A stretch of DNA of 63,783 bases, filler included, from Octopus bimaculoides (GCF_001194135.2; 5 parts of 4 records of this genome joined end to end with filler, not necessarily neighbours in it), one strand, 5' to 3'. Positions 1 through 13,439 are shown, counted from the first letter of the whole stretch. Translations and numbers: made by a program. The notes: a model not told the origin generated them from the letters alone.

Positions 1-15
1 ATATATATATATATA

Positions 16-1193
16 ATGGGCTTTTTTTTTCAATTGCCATCTACCAAAAGCACTCACATGGCTTTGGTCAGCTTGTGGCTCTAGCAGAAATCCAAGATGC
101 CATGTGGTGGAACTAAACCTAAAACCATGTGATTGGAAAGCAAACTTCTTGACCTCACAACCAATAGGATGTGTTAGTTTGTTTAAAGTCTGCTTTTCCA
201 TGTTACCAAAGATGAAAACTCACTATACTCAGGTATCAATTTACAAACCTGAAGCCCTTCATATCAATAATACTTGCATGTTTTCCAAGTAAAGAATTTT
301 TATTCCACCTATCCTTGAAAACAAGGAGAACAGGGAGCAATATATGAACAAGAAATGTCAACTTAGTATCATTGCTGCTGCTTGGGCAGTTTCATACAAA
401 GACATCAAAGAATGTAAACATTCATATTGACATGTAAATATATATTCTTTTATTCCTTTTTTTGTTTATTTGTTTCAGTCATTTGACTGCAGCCATGTTG
501 GAGCACCGCCTTTAGTCGAACAAATCGACCCCAGGACTTATTGTTTGTAAGCCTAGTACTTATTCTATCAGTCTCTTTTGCCAAACCGATTAGTTACAGG
601 GACGTAAACAAACCAACATCGGTTGTCAAGCAATGGTGGGAGGATAAACACAGACACACAAGCGTGTATATATATATAGATATACAAACATGACGGGCTT
701 CTTTCAGTTTCCATGTACCAAATCCACTCACAAGGCTTTGGTCAGCCCAAGGCTATAGTAGAAGACACTTACCCAAGATGCCATGCAGTCGGACTGAACC
801 TAGGATCATGTGGTTGGTCAGCAAGCTACATACACACAACCACTCCTGCACCTATATATATCTTTATAAGTGTATTTGTGTGTTTATGTCCCCATAACTT
901 AGTGGTTTGGCAAGAGAGACTGTCAGAATAATTACCAGGAAAAAAAAGTACTGGGTCAATTCATTCAACCAAAAATTCTTTAAGATGGTGCCCCATCATG
1001 GCCACGTTCTAATGACTAAAACAAGCAAGGAGTGGCTGTGTGATAAGTAGCTTGCTTACTAACCACATGGTTCCAGGTTCAGTCCCACTATGTGGCACCT
1101 CGGGGAAGTGTCTTCTACTATAGCCTCAGGCTAACTAAAGCCTTGAGTGGATTTGGTTGGTAGATGGAAACTGAAAGAAGCCCGTCGTGTAAG

Positions 1194-1230
<37 letters not shown>

Positions 1231-1992
1231 TTGTGTATCTGTGTTTATCCTCCCATCATCGCTTGACAACCAATAGAATAAGTATTAGGCTTACAAAAAA
1301 TAAGTCCTGGGGTCGATTTGTTCAACGACTAAAGGTGGTGCACCAGCATGGCTGCAGTCAAATGACTGAAACAAATAAANNNNNNNNNNNNNNNNNNNNN
1401 NNNNNNNNNNNNNNNNNNNNNNNNNNNNNNNNNNNNNNNNNNNNNNNNNNNNNNNNNNNNNNNNNNNNNNNNNNNNNNNNNNNNNNNNNNNNNNNNNNNN
1501 NNNNNNNNNNNNNNNNNNNNNNNNNNNNNNNNNNNNNNNNNNNNNNNNNNNNNNNNNNNNNNNNNNNNNNNNNNNNNNNNNNNNNNNNNNNNNNNNNNNN
1601 NATATATATATGTATATATATGTTTGTCCCACATCTCTGGTGGAAAACCAGACTTGGTTCGTTTATGCCACCATAACTTAGCAGTCCAGCTAAAGAGAAC
1701 AATTACATAAGTATTAGGCTTAAACATTAAGTATTGGGGTCAATTTGTTCAACTAAACACTTCAAGGCATTGCCCCACCATGGCTGTAGTCCAATGACTG
1801 AAGTAAGTGAAAGATAACAGGTATGTTATAAATATATGATATATATTATATAATAGATACATAGTGAAATATATATTATATAATATATAAACACTAATAT
1901 TATGCAACTCATCTTTTACTTCTTACATGATACAATATTATATAATATATGCATGTACCATTATAATACTAATTATAATACACCCATGCATA

Positions 1993-2032
<40 letters not shown>

Positions 2033-2545
2033 CACATACATATATGTGACAATCTTTTTTTCAATCTCTTACAAAATCCACTCACAGGTTTTGGTTAGCC
2101 AGAAGCTATAGTAGAAGGCACTTGCCTCAAGCGCCATTTACTGGGACTGAACCTGAAACATGTAGCTGGGAAGTAAACTTTTTAACCCCACAACTATACC
2201 TATGTAACCATGCATGCACAAATACATATAAAAAAATCCCACTGTGTAGCACCTTGGACACAGGCCAAAGCCATGTGAATGGATTTGGTAGACAGAAATT
2301 GAAACCATCATATATACATATATATGAGTGTTTGTGTTTGTGTCTGTCTCCTACAACCACTTGGCAACCAACGTTGGTGTGTTTAAAGACCCATAACTAG
2401 GTGGCTTGGCAAAAGAGACCACTAGAATAAGCACCAGGCTTAAAAAAAGAAAAAAAGTACTGGGGATGATTTGTTGAACTAAAATTCTTCAAGGCAGTGT
2501 CCCAGCATGGCCACAGTCTAATGACTGAAACAAGATAAAAGGTAT
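16..2545. mobile_element. Cluster of family-A SINE copies and fragments (tRNA-like head + CORE-like segment + internal TA/CA microsatellite + 3' tail) in both orientations
   Basis: Recurrent head GGAGTGGCTGTGTGGTAAGTAGCTTGCT..CCACATGGTTCC.GGTTCAGTCCCACT and tail ..GCATGGC.GCAGTCAAATGACTGAAACAA. Near-complete copies at about 465-850 (-) and 1029-1379 (+); fragments at 16-163 (-), 870-1026 (+), 1620-1810 (+), 2048-2215 (-), 2250-2545 (+). Confidence 0.85.
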
Positions 2546-2557
2546 GTGAGTGAGAGA

Positions 2558-2597
<40 letters not shown>

Positions 2598-2793
2598 TTC
2601 TTCAAACACACACACATACATTAGCCCAGAAGACGGGTTTTCGAGAAGTTGAACAATGAAAGCACTTACAAAATACACACTATGCAGATTTCTTCCCAAA
2701 GGACGGCAATATTGTTATGTAAATAAAAAAACTTTTTACATAGTTAACAACTTAAAAAAAACTTTATATATAAATATATATACATATATATAC

Positions 2794-2842
<49 letters not shown>

Positions 2843-3800
2843 GTATGAATAACCTAAAATGAAAGTTAATTTAGATTGGGTTCCGACTAAAAGTACCCCT
2901 GACATCTACTGACAGGATGTTGAGACAATAGTTTACAAGAGTATTTTTGGCAGCAGTATGAAGTAGTAACTGCAGCACCTCTTGGTAATTCAGCAACCAT
3001 TTCTATTGTCATTACATTAATAAAACATCATGTACATTAAATTATCATATTTCCCCCCTCCCCATTAAAATATAAAACTACATATGTACAATATTATCAG
3101 AAACAACATCACAAAATTTCATCATTTTTGAAGTGTAACCACATTAATAGAAAAAAAAGTAGAAAATCATATAATAAAAAACATTCAAGTGTAGCCATAT
3201 TTTTCAATAGATCTTTCAATATGAGTAGAATGAGGCAACACAAAATCAGTAGTGTGTTCATTATTTTGCTAAGGCTGCAGTGTAAGTTCTTCATAAGGAG
3301 TCAGAGTAGACAATTTTCAGAAATATAAATACTTCCAGTCAGAGCACTCTCATCGTACATAATCTTAGTTTTATCAGGGGTATCTCCTAGTGGAACTAAG
3401 TCCTTAATCACTATGGTTATCTTTCTGACCACTTGGAAAATTAATTTGAGCATATTGGACTAAAAGATGGCCCTAGTTACAAATGTACATCCTCAACATA
3501 TTTTTTTATTATTTTAACCTTACTGTTGTGTTTAATATGTAAGTTATGGATTTCTGATCAGTTACTGGAGTCAGTCATTTGCCTAATTTCCAAGACATTA
3601 GTAAATTAAGTACCAGTAATAACTAAGATTCAGATTATATCGCTGATATAAGAAAAGATGGATTAACATCAGAACTATTCTTTGTCTTGTTTTGTCTCGA
3701 GTCCACTCTTTGACTAAACCTTTCAGAGCAGTGTCCCAGCATGGCTGCATTTCAATGACTGAAACAAGTATTGATAAAAGGTAAAATTGAAATTACTTAC

Positions 3801-5178
3801 TTTTGATCTTGGACAAAAATGATGGTGTAAGTATGAAATGTGAGAAGTTGAGAGGATATCGTTGCAAGAATGCGAAAGAACATAAAAGCTCTACAATATT
3901 TGGAAGTGTAAAGTCTGATATTTTAGATTGTAGAACTTCTTCTGTTTTCAAGAAAAACTTGGTACTTTCAGTTGGCAAATAATTCAGTTGTCCATAGGGT
4001 CGAAGAATTGAATAAAGCTGTAGGCACGAATAATTTTGACCATTTTTAATAAAGTCTTCTGCTACAATATCAAATAGTAACGGAGACAAATAACGTTGAG
4101 CTCGACAATATTCCATTGCTAAAGCCAACAGGTTATAATCGATTTTAGCAATTTTAGCAGGAATATATCGCTCAAGAGATTTTATAATACTTGATTCAGT
4201 ATAATGAAAATGTAAAAATCCAGCAATAATTTGAGTTAAATGAGCATCATTCAAAGCATGTATATTCATACGGGTCCATTTTCCAATACATTGTAGGATT
4301 TTGATATCATTCATCTTTAAACGAAGCATGTCTAAGACAATACTAGCAACATCTGACCCTTTCAGTTTCCACCAACACAAAAAGAATTGCTTCCGAATTA
4401 GTTTCATTAAGGGTTTTTTTGAAGTAGGAATGCATCGAAAAACTAAATGGATATTACTTGCATCGATCTCATCATAGCGGTTTCCGATATGAACCCAGCA
4501 GGTCTCAATAAGAGTCTGTTGAGAATGAAATGAAGCAATGCAACTCAGTTCACATAGTTCTGCAATGCTAAATTTACTATTACTAATACGTTTTTCTATC
4601 TCTTCAAACAAGAACTGTGTCGATCCCATTATATTGTAATCTGATGTAAGGACGCAACGCATGAGGCAAAATAATGTGTCATTACTTAAAGTGGTTACTT
4701 CTTTTTTCACCATTTCATACAGTTCATTCATTACTGCTGTTTGTATGAAGGAATCAACAGCTTCACTAACAGTATCATTCCTCTGAAAATGGCAGATTTT
4801 CTGCAAAGCAAATGCTGCAGTATAACCTGTGATCACATCTGAAGGAACTTCCAACAGTTTGAAAACTTCTTTCAGATTATTGCATTGTTCTAATTTTTCT
4901 TGGAAGAATTCTTCTTCGGTTGTCATTGGTTTTACCTGAGTAACACATTTTTCATTTTCGTATGGAAATTTACTGAGGTCCAGTTTACGAATAAATATTG
5001 GTAATTCTGTGACATCAAGCCCATCTTGTAAGAGGATTGATGATAAACTGAGAATACGATTTTGAAATATTCTATTAGAATAAAATCTACTGCATTTGAA
5101 AGGGCATTTGTGAGCAATCACAGGACGTAATAGTCGCCAAAAATGTCTATAAGACAGTTGTAAGGTTCTCTGTGCCAT
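3801..5178 (-). CDS. FASTKD3: Large coding exon of a FAST kinase domain-containing mitochondrial protein (FASTKD3-like); partial gene
   Basis: Stop-free 1.4-kb frame. Acceptor ttttctgtttcaaattttag ends just before 5191 and ATG is at 5178 (MAQRTLQLSYRHFWRLLRP, Arg/Ser/Leu-rich presequence-like). Donor AAAA|GTAAGT at 3801/3800 (phase 1). C-terminal YGQLNYLP..VELLCSFAFLQRYPLNF resembles the FAST_1 region of FASTKD3 as I recall it. No RAP domain here, so more exons are expected further left. Confidence 0.8.
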
Positions 5179-5324
5179 TTCTGCTGAGTGCCTAAAATTT
5201 GAAACAGAAAAGTAAGGTATTAAATAATAAAACACAGAAAAATGGATCAAAGCAGAAAAGGAATATTAGTCTTGCAAGTTACTTAGCAACCTCACTAGTA
5301 CCATTGGCATAAAAAAAAAGAAAA

Positions 5325-5500
5325 GAAAAAAAGCACCCAGTATACACTGTAAAGTGGTTGGCGTAAGGAGGCATCCAGCTGTGGAAACCGTGCCAAACAG
5401 ACCATGGAACCTAGGTGCAGCTCATGGCCATGCCAGCTCCAGTCGAATAGTCCAACCCATGCCAGCATGGAAAATGGACGTTAAATGATGACAATGATGA
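5325..5500 (+). mobile_element. Family-E repeat (RTE-associated SINE/LINE fragment ending in (ATG)n); second copy about 27260-27460
   Basis: Shared motif GGC.TTAGGAAGGGCATCCAGC.GT ... CCATGCCAGCATGGA..A..GACGTTAAATGATGA at both loci; reverse fragments near 28620-28690 and 58270-58320. Confidence 0.65.
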
Positions 5501-6837
5501 AGATTTCGCCTCTCAAATTCACTAACAAGACACTGTGTACGCGCAGCTAGAGTGAAGTCGAAACCACGTGGTTGCGATGAGAACGTCTTAAATGACAGCG
5601 ATGCTTGCGTTTATACACACACACACACAGCGATCTTTCCCGGAAAAAAACCATTTTATAAGATAGCTAAAGAAAAGTGCGAGATTTTATTTCAAACAAC
5701 GCCCAAGATAAGTTCAGAGTAGTTAGTGACCATTTATAAAACCTTGATTTCGGCTTGAAATACTATTCTTATATTTAGCTCAACAAATAACTTATAATTT
5801 CATCGACGAGCAAACTTGCTTCCTGGTAGAAAACTTGGTAGCATTAGTTTTACCATAAACTTATCACTACAAACAGTTAGGTCTTCTACCGAGGGGTTTC
5901 ATACCTCTATTTTACAATGATTTCTAAATTTATATTTTTTCATCAAGCACATCGCATTCTCTCTAATTCTCTTTCCGTTTGAATTCCAGATTCTGACAAA
6001 GCATTTCTTACGTAATCTTAATAGGTTTATGTAACTGACTCTATTATATGAATGGCACGAGTTGTATTGACTTTAAAAGTGATTCAGGTGGAATTGACTC
6101 TGAAAGGATTCTAACACAGAATGAAACAACATACTAGTGCGCTACGATCTCTGTCCTTAACAATTTTATTTAATTATACAAACTTCATTGAAAAATACAT
6201 CAGCAGCCTCAAAGGTTCAGCATTATCTCCATTTTAAACAAAAATATAATAAATTGATAGTAGTTATGAGGTATAATGTTGTGATGTGAGGAGTCCCTAA
6301 TCTTTAGGGCAGCGATCCATCACGTACTTCAAAATACTGCGTAGAATTACGACGTATCTCGACTTTTATGACAAAGGTCTATGACGAAATAGCATGAAAA
6401 CTGACGGATAGACCAACACAAAAAGTAATCGACTTTTGTTTAAATTAATTTTAAATCGCAAGATTCAAGCTTGCGAAGAAATCATTCTTATATATTTTAA
6501 TCTTACCCATAAAAGCTTACAATTACATCATGAAAAGAGGAATTTCAACGACCTGGTGGTCGTTGATGTACGATGAAACGTTTTGATACTTTATAATATA
6601 TAATAAAATAACAAAATATTACAAAATTGACTATAAGGATGCTATTTTAAATTACTAATATAATTATTCTACACTGTAAATGTTTTAGTTTTCAATACAC
6701 AATCACATCATGTCACTTGCCTGGCGCTTACATAACTACTTTCAGATGAAGGAATATTGTTCAGAAAGAAAGAAAGAAAAAACATAATACAAATAATAAT
6801 AAATAAGTAAAATCGTATTTTTATGATATTCACTTAC

Positions 6838-6960
6838 TCTTTGAGTGTTTAGTTCAAGTTCCAGCCATAACACACCAAAACTCTGACGAGTGTTGAAGCA
6901 ATATTATCCCGTAATGAAAATCAGCATGTGGGGAATTTTGAGTTATCTGCTCTTTAGTCT
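6838..6960 (-). other. Possible non-coding first exon of the FASTKD3-like gene
   Basis: Donor AAGA|GTAAGT on the minus strand at 6838/6837, upstream of the 5191 acceptor; no transcript evidence, and the 5' end is a guess. Confidence 0.2.
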
Positions 6961-7184
6961 TCACTTCCTTAATTCTAACGAGGCTCTTGAGGTCAATCGT
7001 CTTTAGCAGACGATGTCAGTTGTTTATAAGGAGACTATGTCTGTTGCATTAAATTTTAAAAAAAAAAGACGTTCTTGGGATTAGTGTGTATGTGATGTAT
7101 GCGACTACACAAATACATACACATACATATCTTTATATGTATATATATTTATGTATATGTACACGTGTAAGCATACTCTTTTAT

Positions 7185-8970
7185 TCTTTTACTTGTTTCA
7201 ATCATTTGACTGCGGCTAAGCTGGAGCACCGCCTTTAGTCGAGAAATTCTACCCCAGGACTTATTCTTTGTAAGCCTAGTACTTATTCTATCAGGCTCTT
7301 TTTGCCGAACCGCTAGGTTACGGAGACGTAAACACACCAGCATCGGTTGTCAAGCGATGGTGGGGAAACAAGCACAAACACACACATATATATATATACA
7401 TATANNNNNNNNNNNNNNNNNNNNNNNNNNNNNNNNNNNNNNNNNNNNNNNNNNNNNNNNNNNNNNNNNNNNNNNNNNNNNNNNNNNNNNNNNNNNNNNN
7501 NNNNNNNNNNNNNNNNNNNNNNNNNNNNNNNNNNNNNNNNNNNNNNNNNNNNNNNNNNNNNNNNNNNNNNNNNNNNNNNNNNNNNNNNNNNNNNNNNNNN
7601 NNNNNNNNNNNNNNNNNNNNNNNNNNNNNNNNNNNNNNNNNNNNNNNNNNNNNNGATGGTATACATGATAATGTTATACGACGATAACATATGTAGCCAG
7701 TAATGAGACGATAGAAAAGACAACCGTATAAGATGGATAACAGAAATATTTATTGTGGCATTAAAGATGTATGTCTGTGTGTGAGTGTGAATGCGACATA
7801 TAAGAACATAATAAAAGACAGGCCGTCATACAAAGAAAAGTATGTATGTGAGTGATACATGTATGTGTATGTGAGATATTACAGCAGATAGAAAGAGTCA
7901 GTAACACGTGAGAGTTTTATACCAGTTCTTGAGTACACAATTGGAAGAGTCTGTATATGAAAGGAGTTGAGGCTGTGTGTGGCAATGCTGATCACTAGTT
8001 ATGATGTCGTGGCTTCCATGCCGGGCCGTGATTCTTGTTATACAGATGTTCGTCGTTCGTCGCTGGCTGAAATCTCTTGTCTGTTTATTATCGTGGTGAA
8101 GCTGAGTCACCTAACAGAATCGAAGAGAGAGATGTGCCGCGGTGGTTTGGATTGGTGTACATAGAAAGTCGTGTTGACGCTGGTGGAGATTGATGCTGGT
8201 TAGTAGTAATCGTAGAATCGTGTTGGTCATGACGATGATGCTGGTTAGTAGTCGTAGACTCGTGTTGCTGATGTGGCGACGGCGGTGGTAATCGTTGGCT
8301 GGNNNNNNNNNNNNNNNNNNNNNNNNNNNNNNNNNNNNNNNNNNNNNNNNNNNNNNNNNNNNNNNNNNNNNNNNNNNNNNNNNNNNNNNNNNNNNNNNNN
8401 NNNNNNNNNNNNNNNNNNNNNNNNNNNNNNNNNNNNNNNNNNNNNNNNNNNNNNNNNNNNNNNNNNNNNNNNNNNNNNNNNNNNNNNNNNNNNNNNNNNN
8501 NNNNNNNNNNNNNNNNNNNNNNNNNNNNNNNNNNNNNNNNNNNNNNNNNNNNNNNNNNNNNNNNNNNNNNNNNNNNNNNNNNNNNNNNNNNNNNNNNNNN
8601 NNNNNNNNNNNNNNNNNNNNNNNNNNNNNNNNNNNNNNNNNNNNNNNNNNNNNNNNNNNNNNNNNNNNNATATTAATCAGTCACGTGATGACAAGGAGAT
8701 GGGTTCTCCGCTACGCCCGCGCTTGTTTATATTTAAATGAGATGATTGTATGTAATGGCGATAGTAGTTTGTATCTAATGGCGATAGGTAGTTTCACTAC
8801 ATACATATATACGACGGGCTTCTTTTAGTTTCCGTCTACCAAATCCACTCACAAGGCTTTGGTCGGCCCAAGGCTATAGTAGAAGACACTTGCCCAAGGT
8901 GCCACGCAGTGGGACTGAACCTGGAACCATGTGGTTGGTAAGCAAGCTACTTGCCACACAGCCACTCCTG
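7185..8970 (-). mobile_element. Family-A SINE split by an insertion (3' half about 7185-7404, 5' half about 8806-8970)
   Basis: Both halves match the intact copy at 27865-28292 in the same orientation, separated at the central microsatellite. Confidence 0.75.
7692..8801 (-). mobile_element. Probable solo LTR (contains an N gap)
   Basis: Termini TGTAG (7692) ... CTACA (8801); minus-strand AATAAA about 60 nt before the end; short internal tandem duplications; CpG-richer than flanks. No clean TSD or PBS seen. Confidence 0.45.
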
Positions 8971-9339
8971 CTGCTGCTGCTGCTGATGATGATATTATTT
9001 AGCCCCAGGTCAACCTGATCCAGAAATACTATGTTCAAACAATTCCAGCTATGATCATTCCATATTTTAATCAGACATCCTATATCTATGACTGAATCAT
9101 TATTTTTTTGAAAGATACTATGTTCTAATTTCAAGATGTGCAAAACAAGGATTCCCAGCCTGGGGTGCTTGCACTCCTTCAAGTTGCAAGATGGTAATTT
9201 GGTGGCTGTGACAAAGATGGAAAGGAGATGCTTTATTAAAATCAAATTTCAGAATAGATTAATTATCTCTTTAAAATAACTTTATTCTATCAAGAATACC
9301 AAAATCCCTTATTATTCTACCTTTGCAAATTTACCCAAA

Positions 9340-9540
9340 TTATTGTCAAATGTAATTTATTCACATTGTTTTGAATTAATCATGTATTATTTTGTAGCCA
9401 TGAGATTTTCATAATGTAAATGCTTATTTTTAGAAGGACATTGCAAGATAGGTGTGAGAGGCTACATCTGGCTGGTTTGAACATAGAACAGGTAGAGTAT
9501 TTATGCCAGATATGGCTGGTTTGAATGCTAAAGGGTTAAG
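9340..9540. mobile_element. MITE end terminating in AAGGGTTAA (TTAA-type)
   Basis: Duplicated CTGGCTGGTTTGAA motif and terminal CTAAAGGGTTAA, which I recognise as a common octopus repeat end. Confidence 0.45.
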
Positions 9541-9713
9541 CCTTGTATGATATCCTAAACATCACATCATGAAGGTATCCTTTATTGATAATATAAATGA
9601 AAACAACTATTTTGCAAGTGTAGACAACCTTCAGAGTTTTTCAAGTATTTTATGTTGGCTGTTAATTATTTGATAAACTGCCCATTATTCTAGCATTAAA
9701 TTTGCTAGTTTTA

Positions 9714-9923
9714 AGGCAGCTGGTAAAATCGTTAGCATGCCGGACGAAATGCTGAGCAGTATTTCGCTTGTCACTATGTTCTGAGTTCAAATTCTGCTGT
9801 GGTCGACTTTGCCTTTCATCCTTTCATGGGCGATAAATTAAGTACATGTGAAACACTGAGGTCGGTGTAATCAACTAGTCTTCTCCCACCAAAATTTCAG
9901 GCCTTGAGCCTATAGTAGAAAGG
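9714..9923 (+). mobile_element. Family-B SINE (Meta-SINE-like central domain) with 19-bp TSD
   Basis: TSD ATTAAATTTGCTAGTTTTA at 9695-9713 and 9924-9942; core GGTCGACTTTGCCTTTCATCCTTTC..GG.CGATAAATTAAGTAC. Confidence 0.9.
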
Positions 9924-11089
9924 ATTAAATTTGCTAGTTTTAGCTTGCTGCAGAGTGGAATAAAAGAAAATTACTTTCTTCTGCTACCTATAAACCTGAT
10001 CAGTGTAAGAGTAAACCAAGCTTGTAAGACTAGGAACATGAAGGGAAAAAAACTTGCTTTTCCTACAAATGAATAGTTATATATTGTTATGCTTGGGAGG
10101 GGTTTAATTTTGCCAATTAAACACATGCACTATATATTTCAGCTTTATTACTATTATTTTAGTTTTTTTTTGTTCAAGTTCTTTCATTACACATTCTGAA
10201 ATAAGCAAAACAAGAGGAGACATGTGGGACAGAGAGTTGCAGAAGAGGTCACAAAATGTGTGATGAAAGAACTTTGACAAAGAAACTAAAATAATAGTAA
10301 TAAAACTGAAGGGAAGACCATATATATATAGTGTACGTGTGGTTGGATTTTGCAAGTTTTACATATTACATACCACCACCACCAGATGATTTCCTTATGG
10401 AACAGAAATTTATTTTATTCTATGAATTTTATAAACAAAAATATTCCATTCCTACTTCGTGGTTGAGCAGCTAATGACACGAAGAATATGTAATCATGAA
10501 AACAATTGTCCCAGCAAATAAACCATGCAATAGGAAATTCCATGTTTAAATTTCAGAATCAATCTGTAATTTGAATGCAACCCAAAATAAAATATTTTTG
10601 TTTGAGGGTCATTCTCCCCCATCTCTGTTTTTTTGCAAGCATACACATGCCCTCCAATATCACACACATGTGATAGTGTTTGCGTAAATTTGTGATGAAG
10701 TAAGTTGATCAGATACCATAATCTATGTTGTGTTTTGCTCACTGATATCTGTATTTTGCATCACTGTTTTAATATACAATTATTTGAATATATGTTTTTA
10801 TTTATACTATTAATCTGTGATATATAAGAATTTATTTACTTAATCTGAAATATCATATAAGCATGAACATATCTAACATATCGCTAGATGGAGGAATGAA
10901 ATAATGCAAAAATCCTTGTGTGATAAGTCTATGTTGCTTTTTAACGAATAAATTAAAGATATTGTGTTTAGTTCTACATGTTTCACTTATATGTTTATGC
11001 TGTAGAATTGCATCTTTTTAGCTTCAAATATTTTGAATTCTATCATTTGTAATATTAACCTAAATACAAAACAGACGGCTCTATCTTTG

Positions 11090-11480
11090 ATAGAGTTTGC
11101 AAGAAGTCTTATCTTACAATAACAAGACTCATATACATCTAATTTTTGATTTTAAAAAAATGATAACCTATATATTTAGCTGCAGATTGGCTTAAGAAAG
11201 GAATAGACTTTTGGCTATTCCAGAAGCATTGCAGCTGCATTTCAACACAATCTTTCTATTGCTAAAAGTTTGACAGATTACTCAGGTCATTTGCAGCTTT
11301 AAACATTCAGCTGAGAGAAGATATATGATAGCAGAAAGAGAAACTCTGGCAATTGTTGATCCCCTTAATAGAGCAAGACATTTTGTTCTAAGGTGTGACA
11401 ATGTCATTGTTGTTAACAACAATCATAGGTGACAGATCACTTGAGAATATATTAAATGATCACTTAAGAGATCTGAAAAA
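11090..11480 (+). mobile_element. Ty3/Gypsy RT-RNase H remnant
   Basis: Broken frames read LAADWLKKGIDFWLFQKHCSC and HSAERRYMIAERETLAIVDPLNRARHFVLRCDNVIV, matching the Gypsy RNase H pattern (ATDWS..GIG / ESRY..IEGEALAV..ALDKARHFVLG). Confidence 0.8.
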
Positions 11481-11984
11481 AACAATACTCTGTGCTACAA
11501 ATTATGTATGATACATATTTTCTGGATACAAAAAAATAAAACAAAAAAAAGTGTCTGCTTCTCGCTATCCAACATTCAGAGTACTTTAAAAAAAAGTGTT
11601 CAGTGAAAGATTCGACTCAGAAATACAACCAAATATGTTCAGCCGATTTAAATAGATCATTTCTGAGAAGTTACTACACCGTACTTTATCCTCTTATCTC
11701 TATGTTCTTTTGGTAACGTTCAGTAGGTTTGATCTGTGATGTGATGACGTAATAAATGATATGGATTCCCATGGTAACGAAAACAAAACAAAATGGTAAT
11801 GAAATTTTTTGGTAAATGTCATTTTTGAAGATTTTATTTAAGACATGACTGCTTAAAGACTCAAGAAAAGAAATATATAAACAAGAATTTAACGAATGAA
11901 AAATTTTCTTCCTGCTCACATGATATGCCTTTTGAAATTATTTTGTAATATTAACTTGCAATATCAACTACCTTGGTGTGTGAA

Positions 11985-12530
11985 CACAAAGTACTGAAAA
12001 AGACATCGTAGCAAGGAAAGCTCTTGCCTGGAGTGCATGCCATAAACTGAGAAAGGTATAGAGTGCAAAGTTAGCAAGGAAATTGCAAGTGAGGTTATTT
12101 CTGGCAACAGTAGAGTCTATTCTTCTATACGGGGGATAAAGCATGGACGCTCACTAAAACATTGAAGAATCAGTTGGACGGTTGTTATACGAGGATGCTC
12201 AGAATGGCACTCAATGTCTCCTGGAAGAGTCATACAACAAATGCCGACGTATATTAGGGACTACCAAAAGTAACAGTGAAGACACAGGATAGAAGGATGA
12301 GGGTAGCTGGACACTGCATCAGACACACCGATGAAATTGCTAATAAGCTAGTGCTCTGGCAACAACGGAAGGAAGAACCAGGAAAAGAAGGAGGAAGACG
12401 ACCTATATCGACAACTTGCTGAAGGATATTGGTATGGAAGGGATACAGGAGCTGAGGGCCATTATGGAAGATCAAGATGAATGGGGAAAACGTGTAGAAA
12501 CAATTTTGGGGCGTTCTGAGGCACGATCTA
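11985..12530 (+). mobile_element. RTE-X-like LINE 3' fragment with (TAGA)n tail
   Basis: Frames read ARKALAWSACHKLRKV, RLFLATVESILLYG, LDGCYTRMLRMALNVSW, RRMRVAGHCIRH, TYIDNLLKD; ends in TAGA repeats. Confidence 0.85.
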
Positions 12531-12550
12531 GATAGATAGATAGATAGATT

Positions 12551-13250
12551 AAGGTGGCGAGCTGGCAGAATCGTTAGCACACGAGGCAAAAGGCATAGCG
12601 GCTTAGCATCCGTCTTTACGGTCTGAGTTCAAATTCAGTCGAGGACGATTTTGCTTTTCATCCTTTCGGGGATCGATAAAATAAGTACTAGTTGAGCACT
12701 GTGGATCGAAGTAATCGACTTATCCCCTCCTCCAAAATTTCTGGCTTTGTGCCAAAATTTGAAATCAATACGAACTTGTTTTGACTCAATGATTTCGTTT
12801 TTCGTATAACCTGTAGCTTACTCACCCATCCGCTCACTATTCCGAGGAGGGTCGTGTGGGGTAGACTTTTCAGAAGCAACTGTCATTACATTTTTCGGAT
12901 AGATTCCTATGCTTGACCAACTAAGACTATGGATATTATCCGACCACCACATTCTTGGTCTACCCCAAGGTCTGCTGCCTGTTGGCTCGGTTTGTAATCC
13001 AGTAGGTTGTTTTTTTTTCTATCTAGATCAGTATAGCCCAATAACCTGTTAGCATTGAGAACAATATTGGTCTCACATTTTGGCACAGCGCCAGTAATTT
13101 CGGGGAAGAAGGATAAACCGATTGCATCGATCCTAGTGCTTGAGTAATACTTATTTTATCGACTCCCGAAAGAATGAAAAGCAAAGTCGACCTCGCCGTC
13201 TTTTTTTTTTTAACTTGGAACGTAAAGATGGATGAAATACCATCTTTTGT
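12551..13250. mobile_element. Two family-B SINEs (12551-12770 +, about 13067-13250 -)
   Basis: Head AAGG.GGCGAGCTGGCAGAATCGTTAGC and core TTTCATCCTTTCGGGG.TCGATAAAATAAGTAC. Confidence 0.85.
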
Positions 13251-13439
13251 CATTTGTAATAATAATCTGTTACATATTTGGTCATATATTTTGTTACATC
13301 CGTGAAGAAATACCCGTAGGAGTTTTGATTAGAGTGATCCCGACTCGCCACGAAGTGACCTAGGCACTGTGGTCTCGAAGATATCCTCTATAGCACACGT
13401 GGAATATTACATGCAAGATCAGGCAATAAAAATGCAACG

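Noticed and set aside
236-313. Possible FASTKD3 RAP exon (DRWNKNSLLGKHASIIDMKGFRFVN*)
   Set aside because: Only LLGK resembles the RAP motif; insufficient without alignment or RNA data.
6926-7006. Signal-peptide-like ORF MWGILSYLLFSLHFLNSNEALEVNRL* as a head-to-head partner gene (MTRR in human)
   Set aside because: No good donor, no MTRR-like sequence and no linked downstream exons recognised.
9950-10265. Two-exon plus-strand peptide (EWNKRKLL.. / SFITHSEISKTRGDMWDRELQKRSQNV*)
   Set aside because: Needs a weak donor and shows no recognisable homology.
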